Counted from the whole stretch's first letter, positions 12,701-25,086 are shown. The stretch is DNA of 62,384 bases, filler included, from Choristocarpus tenellus KU-1152 (GCA_964200185.2; 11 parts of 11 records of this genome joined end to end with filler, not necessarily neighbours in it); one strand, 5' to 3'. Numbers and translations: made by a program. The notes: generated from the letters alone by a model not told the origin.

Positions 12701-13560
12701 TGACCTTTTTTGTTCTCTTTCACGAGTTTGTGGTCCCAGCGGCTAGAGCGCTCCCAGGCTCCCCACTGTCAGCTGCTTCCCGTTGAAGTGAGTAGCGCGA
12801 ACGAGCAGCATCTTGTATCGTAGCTCTCGAACGCTCACCGTTACCATGTTGTTGCGAGTAATGCTTGGTGATCTGGTAATCGTCGTCCAAGGCGTCCAGC
12901 ATAGCAATTCGAAGAACATGCTCCGGCATCACATGCCCCATCATCGCCATCTGACCCACCCAGTCGGACATCGTGGTAAAAGTGATTTGCGAGTCGGACC
13001 TACTTTGCATCTTGAAGTTCATCACCACCTTTCCTAGTCTAGCAATTTCCTCCTCTGAATGCATGTGAAAATTCTCCCTTAGCTGTTTCCACACCTCGGA
13101 AGGTGATGCTGCACTGCAAACAATGCAAATGTAGCTTCTCAACATATACTTTCTTGGTCTCGGTGACCTCTTCTTCACTTACATCCTCCTCCTTGACGAA
13201 GCCGTTGTCGCCCACTCTAGAGGCTCATCTCTGTGCTCCAATGCTTAATCGATATCACCTTTAGCGCCCAAGAAGGCACGGATTGTGGCGAAATAGTCAG
13301 CACAATTGTCTTCTGGCAATTGAAGGAGTTTGGTGTGGAAACCGTCTAAGGCCATGAGTGATGTAACCAAACCCAAACAACTCCAGCTCCAACTGTGCCT
13401 CCTCTACCTAGAGTATGTTGTTGAGGCGCTTGAGCGTGATGCATAGTTTCGCGTAGGAAAGGCTTGTTGCCAGAACCTGCTGGTGGATTACATGGTGAGT
13501 ATACACTGGTTACTTACTATCCATTGAACCTTTGTTTTTGCCATCCGTTCTCTCTTATAC
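9720..13560 (-). mobile_element. Degenerate Ty1/Copia LTR retrotransposon (integrase mostly deleted)
   Basis: gag from ~13355; zinc knuckle CYNCGGKGHLEIVC; protease WCFDSGAS; RT remnants HWDVKQSFI, RADPCVL, HVDDLMVAG, TRLDIANAVREVAK; RNase H AYADASYAGD...RSVTG and KYIDVQHH; PPT aaggggagga at ~10020 followed by TG-starting LTR ~10009-9720; partial 5' LTR ~13415-13560. Confidence 0.9.
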
Positions 13561-14879
13561 ATTTTTTTATGCCTCTGACATTTCAACCCTTACCAGTGGA
13601 AAAATCAATGAAAACTCTTCATATTTCACAAAAATCCCCCCCCCCAAATAACTTCGTTGTAAAATGTGAAAGGCATCAATCTACTATTTTACTACCAGCT
13701 ATGCTACACCACTGCCCTCCTGTGCCTCCATCCTAGCTTAGTTAGTCCTGCACCCCAGGGTGAGGAGTTAGGAAACATCCCAATAATCTAACAAGCCCCT
13801 CCTTCCTTGCCCAACTCCCTGGTGTCTCCACCTTAAGAGGCATTGACATGTCTAGATAGGGTTACTTGTGTTGTGACAGAGACTTTCTGTCGTAGACGGG
13901 ATTTGACCACCTTTTTTCTGGTGTAGCTTCATGTCCCTCTCCCCCCTACTGCGTGCCATAGTAGCTAGCTCACTCGGAAAACTTTCCGCTTGCTTATCAA
14001 GGCACCCAAAACTTTCCATCGTGGAGGTGTTGAGGTTATAACTATGAGGGTCAAAAGATCCCTCGTAGTAAGTGTGCTTTCACACCTCAGCTACAGCAGC
14101 AGTTACACTATTCCTGGTGGCACAGTGGGGAAGGTGGGATGCTGCTTGCACTTCTGCAAACGTAACATCGAGGAGGAGGCCTTTGTCCCGGTACGGAGCT
14201 GATCCAGCGTCCGTAAGTGACCCTCCTCCCGCATTGAAGACCAGATCCATGCCGAACATCCTATCCACTGTAAATATCCTATCCACTGTAAATGGGCTAC
14301 CATCCTCCATAGTGCAAGGGGTGCCCATTCCTTTGCAAAGTTGACCCAGATGCTTCACCATTGGTGTGTGTTGGCGAATCTGTCCTCTTGCCCCAGGGCA
14401 GGTACGTGCATGTCCGGTGCCTACATTTTACCTCCTGCAACCAGTCACTGGGCACCTGTTCGATATGGTCTACCCTCTCCCTAGGGATCTGCTGGCGGTG
14501 AGTTTAAACTCGACAGGGGGCATCTGGAATGCCAGCTCCAGGGGTTGTGTTGAGGCCCATGCATTTGCCCCTTGTCCTTGTTGACTCCGGTGGCATGCCA
14601 GGGCTAGCAAGGAACTTTCCTTTCCTTCCTCCACTAGATCAGGTAAGGTGGCCAATTGGGTGCGGAAAGAGTCGAAGTGGATCCTGTTTAGGAGACGGGT
14701 AATCTCATGTTGTGCCCTCCTTGTAATCCTGGCATCATGGGCTGCCAAAGTATCGACCTCTGGGGGCGGTGTGGGGAATGTTGTTCCCCCCCAGGTTACC
14801 CAGCCTTGAACAACAATTTCCGCCAAGTCTTCTGAGGTGCCTCCTGTAGAGGAAGAGGATGTGAATGAATGATACCAGG
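13560..14879 (-). mobile_element. CRE-like RLE non-LTR element, most complete copy (no RT), abutting or inserted in the Copia 5' LTR
   Basis: AQHEITRLLNR...GANAW...RSLG, CPVTGC...HARTC knuckle, MDLV...LLDVTFAEVQ, then MESFGCL, SRLRQ.VSVTTQV.LSR, 3' UTR and terminal stem-loop with an A/TAA tail. Confidence 0.8.
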
Positions 14880-15559
14880 TAATACAGGGTGAGTGCAAGA
14901 ATGTTTCATGAAACATGTTCAAGTGTGTTCGTTATTCTTATTGTGGAAACTGTTTATTCTGCTATCTTGGGAAGGGATGTGTGGTTTGTGTCCATTTATT
15001 CCAGTTGGGGATGTGATGAAAATGACGAATGCAAACAGTAGATCGGAGGTGGTGGTTATGTATTGTTGTGGGTACAATGGTGTGTATCAATGTGTTGACT
15101 GTTGGTCGTAACTACCTGCCTGTAGTGAAAGGAGGATAGATGGCACGTTACCTCCAAATATGAAGAGATGTGTGGATACTCTGACGACTGTGGAAACTGC
15201 ATATTTTTCGTTGTTGTTCATTGTTTGGAAGTATTATGGCATTGTGCAAGTGTATTGATTCCTAATGCCTACCTTTAGCCGCGGTATGGTCTTCAATAAT
15301 TTATTGAGTCGCTTCTGTCATCTTGGAAATGGAAAAACAATAATCTTCCCTATATATGTAGAATCTGGAGACAACTGAGCAGGCCTGCAACCCACTAGTA
15401 TAGAGGAATTCCTCGCACGTTTCAAGGAGAGCCATCATCACAATTATTAGAGGAGCTTTTGTTGTCTAGAGATGGACGTTCAGTTGGTGGTAGTGCAGGT
15501 TATTCGGTCGGTGTAAGGGCAGGAGTCTTTCATTCGTGAAACGTCGCTTAGCCAGTGGC

Positions 15560-16250
15560 TCTTACGCTAGGAAGGTCCCACTTGTTCTCTATCTTGTAGG
15601 GCTGGAATCATCTCTGCATATTCAGATATCTCGACGGGTTTGTGCCATGCATCACTGGCCGGTGAATATCCTTGAAGGCGAAGCAATACATAAAATTGTG
15701 AGTGGACTTTTTTCCCATACCTCGCTTGCAACAACTCTCCTACAGTGTATGACCCAATAGTTGGATGTGTCGTCGAATCTTGGTCGAGATCTGGTTCAGG
15801 TAATACTCGTCCTAAAAAGAGTGAATGAAGGGCATCAATGCCAGGTTCATTTGCTCCACCATCTTTATGGGGCTCAAGTCTGGGCACATGAACTCTCTCT
15901 TCACGCAGGTTTTCTGAGCGCCATCCACAACAAACAACGGTTGTTAAGCGTGCCTTCCCTTTATAAGGTCCTCTCCATGTGGATAATAACTTGGAGCTGA
16001 AGTATGTAGTTTGTGAAGCAACGCTTTATCCCCTGGCTCATATATTGGGAGCTTATGGGCGGCATCAGGAACTCCCAAAATAAGGTCACTTGGCAAAATT
16101 GGATGCCTTCCAAACATGATAAAAATTGAGTTTCCTGAACACTGTTAGTATAGTCTGTGTTATAAAATAGCTGTACAAAGGACAACATTGATGCTCACTC
16201 AGATATGCCCATATTCGAATACATGGCCAGCACAACATGCACCGTGGAAT
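15560..16250 (-). mobile_element. Gypsy (chromovirus-like) integrase C-terminal relic with GPY/F motif and chromodomain
   Basis: Across frameshifts: FVQLFYNT...MFGRHPILPSDLILG...YEPGDKALL...KLLSTWRGPYK, then YTVGELLQAR...YVLLRLQGYSPASDAW (chromodomain pattern). Confidence 0.75.
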
Positions 16251-16923
16251 GACTCAAAGTATCTGGGGGGGGGGGTCTACACCAGAATGAATGTACATTT
16301 GTGTCATAACCAGGAAAAGTGCATTTACATTATCNNNNNNNNNNNNNNNNNNNNNNNNNNNNNNNNNNNNNNNNNNNNTTAATTAATTAANNNNNNNNNN
16401 NNNNNNNNNNNNNNNNNNNNNNNNNNNNNNNNNNGGGGGGTCGGGGGTCCTCTCCCCCCCCCCCCCACCACCCCCCCCCCCCGCCCCCCCCCCCCCCCCC
16501 CCCCCCCCTCAGATACTTTGGGTCAACCATAGGTCAAGATGCTCCTCAAGCCAAGTAAGTGAAGACAAGAGAAGAAAATAATATTGTATGGGTGGACCTG
16601 AGGTGTAGGGTGTGAAAGGGTCTCCCACAGGGTGCAAAAATACTGCATGTGAGAGTGTAGCTGCCCTTCTAGACTAGCGGTAAGAAGGCTGTGTAGACAT
16701 TAGACAACCACCTGAGGAGTCCTTCAGGCCCTCGCTGGCACACTCGCCACCAGTCTCCAATAAAAAACACAACACATATTGATTTCTCTATATGTGATGT
16801 CAAAATTGACACTATGTATTGTAGGTGTAACTTCTTCACCACCTTCCTTCCATGCCCCAACTATTCATTCCCCTAAACCACTCACTTCTTGATTATATTT
16901 TTTAAATTATTATAATCAATGGG

Positions 16924-17115
16924 GTGATGAGAACCACCAAAGATGAGGTTCAAAAAGGGAGCGAAAGATACGAGACGACTCTGACGAAGCCGAGGTCCCA
17001 GGTTCGAGCCCCAGAATTAGTATCACTGTTAAGGGGACTGACTGGTTCTGTGTGATGGGGAGTGATGAGAACCACCAGAGATGAGGTTCAAAAAGGGAGT
17101 GAAAGATGAGACTGA
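16924..17115 (+). repeat. Two ~55-bp direct repeats flanking a tRNA B-box-like motif
   Basis: gtgatgagaaccacca(a/g)agatgaggttcaaaaagggag(c/t)gaaagat at 16924 and 17062; ggttcgagccc at 17001-17011. Confidence 0.7.
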
Positions 17116-17669
17116 GACATAGCCTCAGGGTGCCATGTGGATCAATCTTCACTGTGATTGATTGTGACCAGTAAGAAAAGAAAAAACAATCTTGAGTTTT
17201 TGCTGGTTTGAGCTTACCGCGAGCCGGTCGTGCGTCTGACCCACACCACATCCCTTGACCTGAAAAGGTGAAAAGAAAATGTATATGAATGCGCGTATTA
17301 TCCTCATCAGTGTCAAGACATCCATCCCCCAGAAGGGCGACCTTTTTTGTGGAAGATGTTTAAATATTTTAACGGAAAACCAACGACATCGGATAAACAC
17401 CGAATATACAACAAGGAAGAGAAGCACATAGAAAGTTCACTCTGGTCGCTAAATTGGCCGTTCCTCTTGATGATTAGAACATTACTCCGTTTTACCACAT
17501 ATTCCATAAAATATTCCATACTTTGACAAGTCAGATTTTTCGGGAAAAGTATTAAAAAATTGGAACCAGAATAGTATATTGTAGTTGTAGAATGGAATAA
17601 ACAGAAGAACTGAACAATATGCGCTGAACCATAAAAGCGCACCCACTACTAGAATACTTTTCACCTCGT

Positions 17670-18400
17670 CGTAGTTTTAACCTCAACGCCTTCACCGTGG
17701 AAAGTTTCGGGGGGCTTGGTAAGCAAACAGAAAGTTTTCTGGATGAGTTGGCTACGCACGTGATAGGGGAGAGAGGGACGGAAGGCTACTACGACAGGAG
17801 GAAAGGATCCGTCAAATCCCGTTTATGACAGATAGTGTTTGTCACAACACAAGTGGCTCTATCAGGACATCTCATGCGTCTTGAACAGGGGATTTCAAAA
17901 GTTGAGTATGGAGCTTTTAATTGAGGATGGGCTTGACCCAAAATTGACTGGGAAAAAGTGTCGATATGCTTTTTTTTGTAATGATCAATTTTTGAAATCC
18001 CCTGTTCTTAAGCTGGAGACACCAGGAAGATGAGCAAGGAGGGGCCTGTCAGATTCTTGGGATGCTTCTCTAGCTCCTCACCGTGTGGTGTAGGGGATAA
18101 GCTAGGTTGGAGGCATAGCAGCGGTGTACACAAAACATATTAATTACGAGCTTTGATGGGAGTGCTGTAATATAGCTGTAGTCAAATAGTAAATAGATTT
18201 TGGAGAGATATCTTTCACATTTACGGCAACTGTTACTTTTACAGGGGCCCTTATTATATTGAATTGTCTTTTCCCCTTATACATCTGTAAAATGTCAGAG
18301 GGCATAATAATATATAATAGTTACAGGGATCCTTGTGATATTGGTTTGACTTTTCCCTTGCACATCCGTAAAATGTTAGAGGGCAAAATAATATATACTC
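17670..18400 (+). mobile_element. 5'-truncated CRE-like copy with a doubled terminal motif
   Basis: FTVESFGGLGKQTESFLDELATHVIG...KSRL*QIVFVTTQVALS, then 3' UTR; terminal motif at ~18270-18310 and ~18350-18395. Confidence 0.8.
17886..18004. mobile_element. 119-bp MITE (hAT-like) nested in the CRE copy
   Basis: TIRs caggggatttcaaaa / ttttgaaatcccctg. Absent from other CRE copies. Flanks gtcttgaa / ttcttaag are compatible with a decayed 8-bp TSD. Confidence 0.75.
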
Positions 18401-19461
18401 CTGTATCCCATAAGTCTGTATCCTCATGTTTTTGTTAATAACTTTATCAAATGTGAGATTCAGAAATAACAAAAAATGTCGTTCGAAAGTCAACAACTTC
18501 GGGCTGCATATAGTTATCTTCAAAATATTTTTTAATTTCGAAATGGTTGAGAAAGCACCTGCTGAACACGAACGTTTTTTTAATGACAGATTAGCAAGAA
18601 ATACCAAAACCGACCAAAAATGGCTGGAAATGATGGTCAATTGGTAATAACGCCTCAACGAAACCTCCGATGAAGACGCGGTTAGTTGTGTTGGGCTCCT
18701 TGGCGCTTTTTGCCCTGAAGTAAGTACTCGTCGCTCTTATTTTCTCCCTCAATCCACTTTATAGTATACTTCATTGATCTGCAGGTTTTGGTTGTTAGTG
18801 AATCTGAGCTTGTCATACCTTGGGGATGATGTACCCAATGGGGTATGTGGGCCACCTCTACGATAAAACATATAATTTTGCAAAAAGGACAAAGATATGA
18901 TGGATCTCGCAACAACAGGAGGAACAGTGCACAAACACATTACTTACTTAGATTTCCATTTTTCAATAGTAGTAGTCATAACATAACATATTATAGTTGA
19001 TGTGATTGCAGACATTTATGTAAATAGTAGATGTTATTGGTTGAGGGGGAGGGGGCACAAGAACCATAATATAGACGAGGGAGGTAATACAACGAACACA
19101 ACAAGCAATGACAAATATTCTATGTGTTTGTCTACATTATAAAAAGACCTTCTAATCACCAACAAAGGCTCAAAGTATCTGGGGGGGGTGGCGGCTGTCC
19201 ATTTGGGACCAATTTTTTCATATNNNNNNNNNNNNNNNNNNNNNNNNNNNNNNNNNNNNNNNNNNNNTTAATTAATTAANNNNNNNNNNNNNNNNNNNNN
19301 NNNNNNNNNNNNNNNNNNNNNNNCCAAATGGACGCGGCTCTACCCTCTAAGATACTTTGGCTCAGTACTATGCACAGCGTACCAGATGTGGTACTGCAAT
19401 AAAATGCTGTGGGGCGCTCTAACCTTCCCATTGGCTTAAACAATCACCAAAACAAGAAGTA

Positions 19462-19505
19462 TAGGGTTAGGGTTTAGGGTTTAGGGTTTAGGGTTAGGGT
19501 TAGGT
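19462..19505 (+). repeat. Interstitial telomere-like repeats (mixed TTAGGG/TTTAGGG)
   Basis: agggttagggtttagggtttagggtttagggttagggttagg. Confidence 0.85.
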
Positions 19506-20696
19506 TGAACTCTCTCAGAGCTCCTAGAGGGCGACCAGAGGCCCCAACAGTTGCTGAAGATTGTCTGGATCAAATATCATTTGACTCTTCATGCCTTTAT
19601 AATATTTGTTTCATTTGTGTCTGTATTCTTTATGCTACTATAGAGCAAAAATGTATCCACATAGGTCAAGGGATGAGATTTCGGCCTCATTGCTCTCTTT
19701 TTCTTTCTTAATCTGTTGTTCTTACAAGATCAAAAAGATATAAAGACATACATACTCTTGGCACATTCCATTGCTTGGAATTCGCTTTGAATACAAACAC
19801 TATAAAAACTCCACCAGTATTCAAACCAATCTCACTACTAATGGATTGTGCACATGGCAATGCTGGGGTGCCTACAATAAGACTCCTTTGGCAAACAACA
19901 CATAAACCTACATAGGATCCAAAACCATGGGTGAGTAAAAGACTGAACAGGATGATTGTACAGGATGATTGTACAGGATGATTATACAAGATAAGTTGAG
20001 GTGCTGGCAGCCTCGCCACCAGCACTTAACATCTCCCTGTGGACGTCCTCCAACCCTCCTTGAAGTTCCACTAGATTCATCATACCCCACCAACAATATG
20101 GATGTCCCATTCATTGTTGCTTGACTCGACTGAAGACTCAGCTTCATTCCATACATTTCAAAGGCTCTGTTTGTAAACTGTCCCTTGCATCACGTCTTGA
20201 CTTGTCAAATTTCGATGAAGTACTCTGCTGCAAGACCTTTGTGCATAGCACTCAGTCCTACTCCCTGCAGTTGTACTATGGTACCATTCAGTCTGATGCT
20301 CAAACCACTATAAAGGGCATGGAAATCATGGTCTGTGGTGGCAAGGTTCCAGTAAAATTTCAATGGAGGCCAATAGATTTGATGAAGGAGGAGGAAAGTT
20401 GATAGGTGGGATGGTCGAATGTCCATGTAGGTCAGTGGTAATAGGAGACTGTTCTTGGATGAAACATACCTGTGTAACCCACATGCGCCACGCTTATTTT
20501 CATCGTAATCCGTTTTTTTAGTGTAAAATAATCCATATCCTAAGCACAACAATAGCTGTAAACCTACTCAGTACTACATTTCACCACAGAGGTCAGCAAA
20601 CATGTCCAAAGAGTCTGGGTTTATTTCTGCAAGTGAATCCAAGGGATATTTGGCAGGACCTCAGGTGTATCGCTTGAGCTTTAGATCCGAACGGGT

Positions 20697-20855
20697 CAAA
20701 GTATCTGGGGGGGGGGGGGTGTGAGGGCGTCCGTTTCGGTCAAACAACTTTTTTTTTGCTGACATTTCAAATCCTACACGTGCGACCAAATCACACCAAA
20801 AAGTGAAAATCGAAAAAAGGGTGAAAAACGGACGCCGACACCCCCAGATACTATG
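20697..20855. mobile_element. Complete 159-bp MITE, CAAAGTATCT(G)n family
   Basis: caaagtatctggggg...cccccagatactatg, with inner IR ggcgtccgttt / aaacggacgcc. Confidence 0.8.
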
Positions 20856-20989
20856 ACCCAATGCTCAAGGCTGTAGTCCTCAAAGTCCTGCCTCTTGGTT
20901 AGGGCTAGTATGATATAGATACTCTGCCAGGTCTACTATACATGAAGCTTTGCTCCCGCTCCTGTGCTGCATTGGATTTCGTAAACGGG

Positions 20990-21082
20990 AATGCAGCAAT
21001 CATACCTTGTCCTATCAGGATGCAGCAATCATACCTTGTCCTATCAGGATGCAGCAATCATACCTTGTCCTATCAGGATGCC
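20990..21082. repeat. 29-bp tandem repeat x3
   Basis: atgcagcaatcataccttgtcctatcagg three times. Confidence 0.95.
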
Positions 21083-21099
21083 CTTGTGAAGACTGAAGA

Positions 21100-21440
21100 C
21101 TGGGTGTGACAGGATTGAGGTGGTTGTGCCAAAATGGAGACTTTTGTTCAGTTGCTCATATATGGGATAATCTACTTCGAAAGGCGATAATGTTGGGGGA
21201 TCTTCCAGCTGGAGAACAAAGTATTATGGACAGGAGAAGAGGTGGTGGGTGTGCCTACAGGATTATCCTGCCAAGTTTGGGATGGCAGTTCAGGGATGGA
21301 TCACGAGTACAGCAAGTCTACACAGTTTCAAGTGGTATGAGTTTGTGGTGGTGACACAATGAGCTTCATGGATGATTAGTATTCCAAGGAAACTGTGATA
21401 GCTGATGTACTCCATGCTGAAGCAACAGGTAAGGTAGCCC
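21100..21440 (+). mobile_element. Decayed RTE-clade LINE C-terminal fragment
   Basis: Across frameshifts WRLLF..VAH..DNLL.KAIMLGDLPAG...GQEKRWWVCLQD..AKFG...KWYEFVV, resembling the post-RT tail of RTE elements (from memory). Confidence 0.5.
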
Positions 21441-21689
21441 AAGCAGATTAGGGCACATGCACACCCACCTCTGTCTACTTGCTAAATGGTGCTTTCTCAT
21501 TGACTTTCCCTTTTTTGGATTGATTCTTCTTGCATCCTTCCTATCCCTCTCCTTTATTTCCTTTGTGTGACAAGGATGAGAGGTGTTTCAGATTGAATGG
21601 ACCTGGTGCGACTTAGGGTTAGGGTTTTAGTTCATTCCAGAGGGCTATGTTTGTTATCCTTAGGGTTAGGGCTAGTATGCTAATACAAT

Positions 21690-21947
21690 CTTTCAAAGCA
21701 TTTAAGAGGGTAGGAGTTTTGCCCTGTTTGTCCATTCAGGGATTGACTTCCCACAGTTTTTTTATTGTCTTTTTGATTTTCTGTGTGAACAAAGTTGTCT
21801 AATATGTATACAACTATGAAAAGGTGTGTTCGGAACAAGGATATTGATTGGCACTTGCTAACAAACACAATAGCCAAAATTCATCAAAATCACAACATTG
21901 CATTTGTGACCCCAAACAGACGCGGTCCTACCCTCTTAAAGGCTTTG
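21690..21947 (-). mobile_element. CAAAG-family DNA transposon fragment (long subfamily)
   Basis: Reverse complement matches 7485-7740 and 57529-57770. Confidence 0.7.
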
Positions 21948-24119
21948 GCTGGCTAATGCACTAATCACTGGCCTTGTTTTCTTTTTCTTTCTCTCACTTT
22001 TTTTCTTTTTCTTTTCACAGCTTTTGTTAATAAAAAAATATTTTCCTCCTTTCATAATGTTGCATTTCTCAAGTGTGCATAGCCTTCTTCTAACTATAAC
22101 TTTCGACCATGGGTCTGACACCTCAGATTGAATCAAGAAGTTAAAATATAATTGTGATAATGATGATTGTAGCAGAAAAATAAAGTACAAATTACCTGCG
22201 GTTATCCCACAAAAATGTGGGAGATCCTAACAAGGTAGCAACACTTCAATTCCAAGTGAAGCCAGGAGGGTCTGTCCAGCAACAAATTTGAGGGAGGACG
22301 TGGTGGCGAGTGGTGGGATAGCTGAATCCAATGTGCAAGAAGCAAGGCACAAAGGAGGCAGTGCAATTCATCACATTGCTATAACAACTCGTTAATCAGT
22401 TGTGAGGATGACAAGTGTACAGTGTATACTGCCTCTAACCACAGATTGGGATAGTCTCAAAGGTTGTGTGAAATATACTAGTAGCTATCAGTAGGCATGA
22501 AGCAGTGGATGCTTGAAACTATCGTAAGATCTACTATCTTCCTTTCCACCTATAGAGGTACATTTTCGAATCGCCCTCCTCTTCATCTCTGTAGTTTCTC
22601 GAATAGATCAAAGAGATGCAAAAGAGAACCTGCTTATGTTGTCTTATGCTGTCTTATGTTGTCAAAATGGCTCCATTTTCGAAAATTGAAGAGATCTCAT
22701 ATCCTGCTGATATGCGATTTTGAGCATGACAACAACACAACCTACTCACCCATTGCATACTCACCTAGCCCCAACAGCGCCCCAACGACAGTGATATTTT
22801 GGTTGATGGTCTTACAATCACGTGCATAAAATGTGTGAGTACGAAAGGGAAACTATTCTCCATCCTAACCCAAGAATGAGGACCTTAAATAATTTGAAAA
22901 AATTTAGTCTGCTTCACAAAATATATTAAATGCACCCAAAGTGTGAGAAATAGGAATGGATGCACGGCAAGGCACAATTGTTAGTTGTAGTGCAACGGAT
23001 AGCTAGTAGTAAATGAGAAGTGGTAGTGCAGAGCGTGCTAGAAGCCTAATGGTCAGCTGAGGCTGTTCCCTCCTTGAATCTTTTCGTGGATTTGGATAAT
23101 TGGAAACGAGATGTTCACAAAAGAAGTCATGCGGCAAGCACTACAGAATGAGCAGCTCTACTATTGTCTTGCTGGTCACTATACAATTTGAGCATTGGAG
23201 ACCCAAATTGGGTGGCAAGCAAGGAAGGATTCGCTGTGGAGCGAAGCTGGGGTGGACAAGCAGAGCATTCGAGGAGAAGGCGGAGCAATGTGATGCGCGA
23301 TGAATGAAACTAGTGCACAAGAAGCTAGGCATGAAAGGAGACCAACAGAATTATTGTTCGAGATGCACTGGACAAGTCTTTGACTTACAACCCTACCAAA
23401 GAGCGATAATACGATTTCAAAATATAATAATATATGTGCAGAATAAATACACCCTTCTCTGGTAAAGATTCAGGTTTGAATAAAGAAGAATAAAGAAAGT
23501 GACTGCTTCTTCTTTTCAACATCTACTCTCAAACCCTCAGTTCAAAATGGGATATAAATGCCATAATTCGATTGTGTATCCTCTCCCCGTCTTCATTCTT
23601 CGGCAAAATTGTCCCTTTGACCCAAAGTAGCTGAGGGGGNNNNNNNNNNNNNNNNNNNNNNNNNNNNNNNNNNNNNNNNNNNNTTAATTAATTAANNNNN
23701 NNNNNNNNNNNNNNNNNNNNNNNNNNNNNNNNNNNNNNNAATGTGTGGGTACACACACACACACATGGAGCTTTTTGGGGAGAGGGAGGTATATAGTTGT
23801 TCGAATTGAAAAATAAATGTAAGAAGAAAAAAAAAATGCTCGCTAGGAAGTTCAAAAAATAAAAATATTTACTGCATGAAAGTGTGGTCAAGAGATCTGT
23901 ACACTTGTACATGGTGGACCAGGAAGAAGCAGCACACGGTGGCGCCCTTTTTGAATACACAATTTGATACCTAGTTTGTCAAAAATAAATTCTTCTGGAA
24001 TTAGGGTTAGGGTTGTTTTTGTTCCTTCATTGTGCACCCTCCTGTTCTCTCATTGTCTGTTGTTGCGACTCTCTCTACCCCCCCCCGCCACCCACCTCCA
24101 TCGCCCCTGGTTCTCACAG

Positions 24120-25086
24120 TGTGCCCCTTCTCACTGAGTACGCCTACTTCCTGCGGCCACAAGGTCTCCTCTACATGATAACAGGTGTTGGAGATGGTGC
24201 TTTGTTTACGATTTTTTATTGCTTTTATCGTTTCTTTATGTATGTATATATATATGTATATATATGTATGTGTATGTATGCAGGTATGTGTATATGTATT
24301 ACATATTATGTATGTATGTTGTATGTAGTACGTGCATGGAAATCGTGACAGATGATTGGCTTAGGTAGAGGGTATTTCTGTTTGTTTGTTTTTGGTGCGG
24401 CAGAGAGGAGCGTTCCGGTGGACCTGTTGGCCACAACAGTGATCTGATCTCCCCCGTGATAAAATAAGTGGTCAAGAATTTGATCGACATTTTGGTAGAG
24501 TCGTCTCCCATCACCCCACTGCAATACAATAATCAATTTGGTTGTTGGCGTGCTGAGGGTGTGCTTGTTTTGTTGGTTGTGTTTTTTTTTCTTTTTTTCT
24601 TTCTTGTAGTTTGTTGAATGTTGTGCCAGGTGATGAAGTAGAAAACATTGTTCTTTTTATTCTTTCTCGAAGAGAGTGAGAACTGTAATTCAAAGTAGAG
24701 TGAAACACACTACTGTAGCATGACCTCTTGTTGTAACAGTCAGTCTCTCCAATGCAACGCACGTACTTTGATATGCACATACATACATACATACATACAT
24801 GAATAAATAAGTACAATGATACACACATATACACACATATATAATATATATATGCATACATACAAACATACATACATGGGGTTAGGATTTATTTTTCATT
24901 GGTGAAGAAAAAAACTTGAGTGTTTGTGTTGTATGCACTAGAGGTCACATCATCGTATCGTTACTTTTTTCTTTTCTTTTTTGACACAATTCACGTGTGG
25001 TGACAGATGTGGAGGAGCTTCACAAGTGGCACATGGAAAAGGCTGAGGCGCACCCCTGCTTCAAGAGACTCACAGACTCGGAGATG
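24120..25086 (+). CDS. METTL1: tRNA (guanine-N7)-methyltransferase catalytic subunit, two internal exons (partial)
   Basis: Exons 24120-24184 and 25007-25086 (AG/GT bounded, phase-compatible) give [43 protein letters not shown], matching the Trm8/METTL1 LLxEYAYxL...YTITDV.ELH.W...HP.F motif. Confidence 0.85.

Noticed and set aside
13395-13415. aggtagagagg as a tRNA-iMet primer-binding site of the Copia
   Set aside because: Position is plausible, but it is too degenerate relative to TGGTAGCAGAG to call.
16335-16434. TTAATTAATTAA palindrome repeated at ten places
   Set aside because: Always centred in N runs and encodes stops in all six frames: an artificial scaffolding linker.
19800-20450. 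Possible Copia integrase relic (QFTNRAFE...MNG)
   Set aside because: Only two short motifs; catalytic residues are not recoverable.
20990-21082. 29-bp repeats as a CRISPR array
   Set aside because: The units are contiguous with no spacers, there are no cas genes, and the context is eukaryotic.
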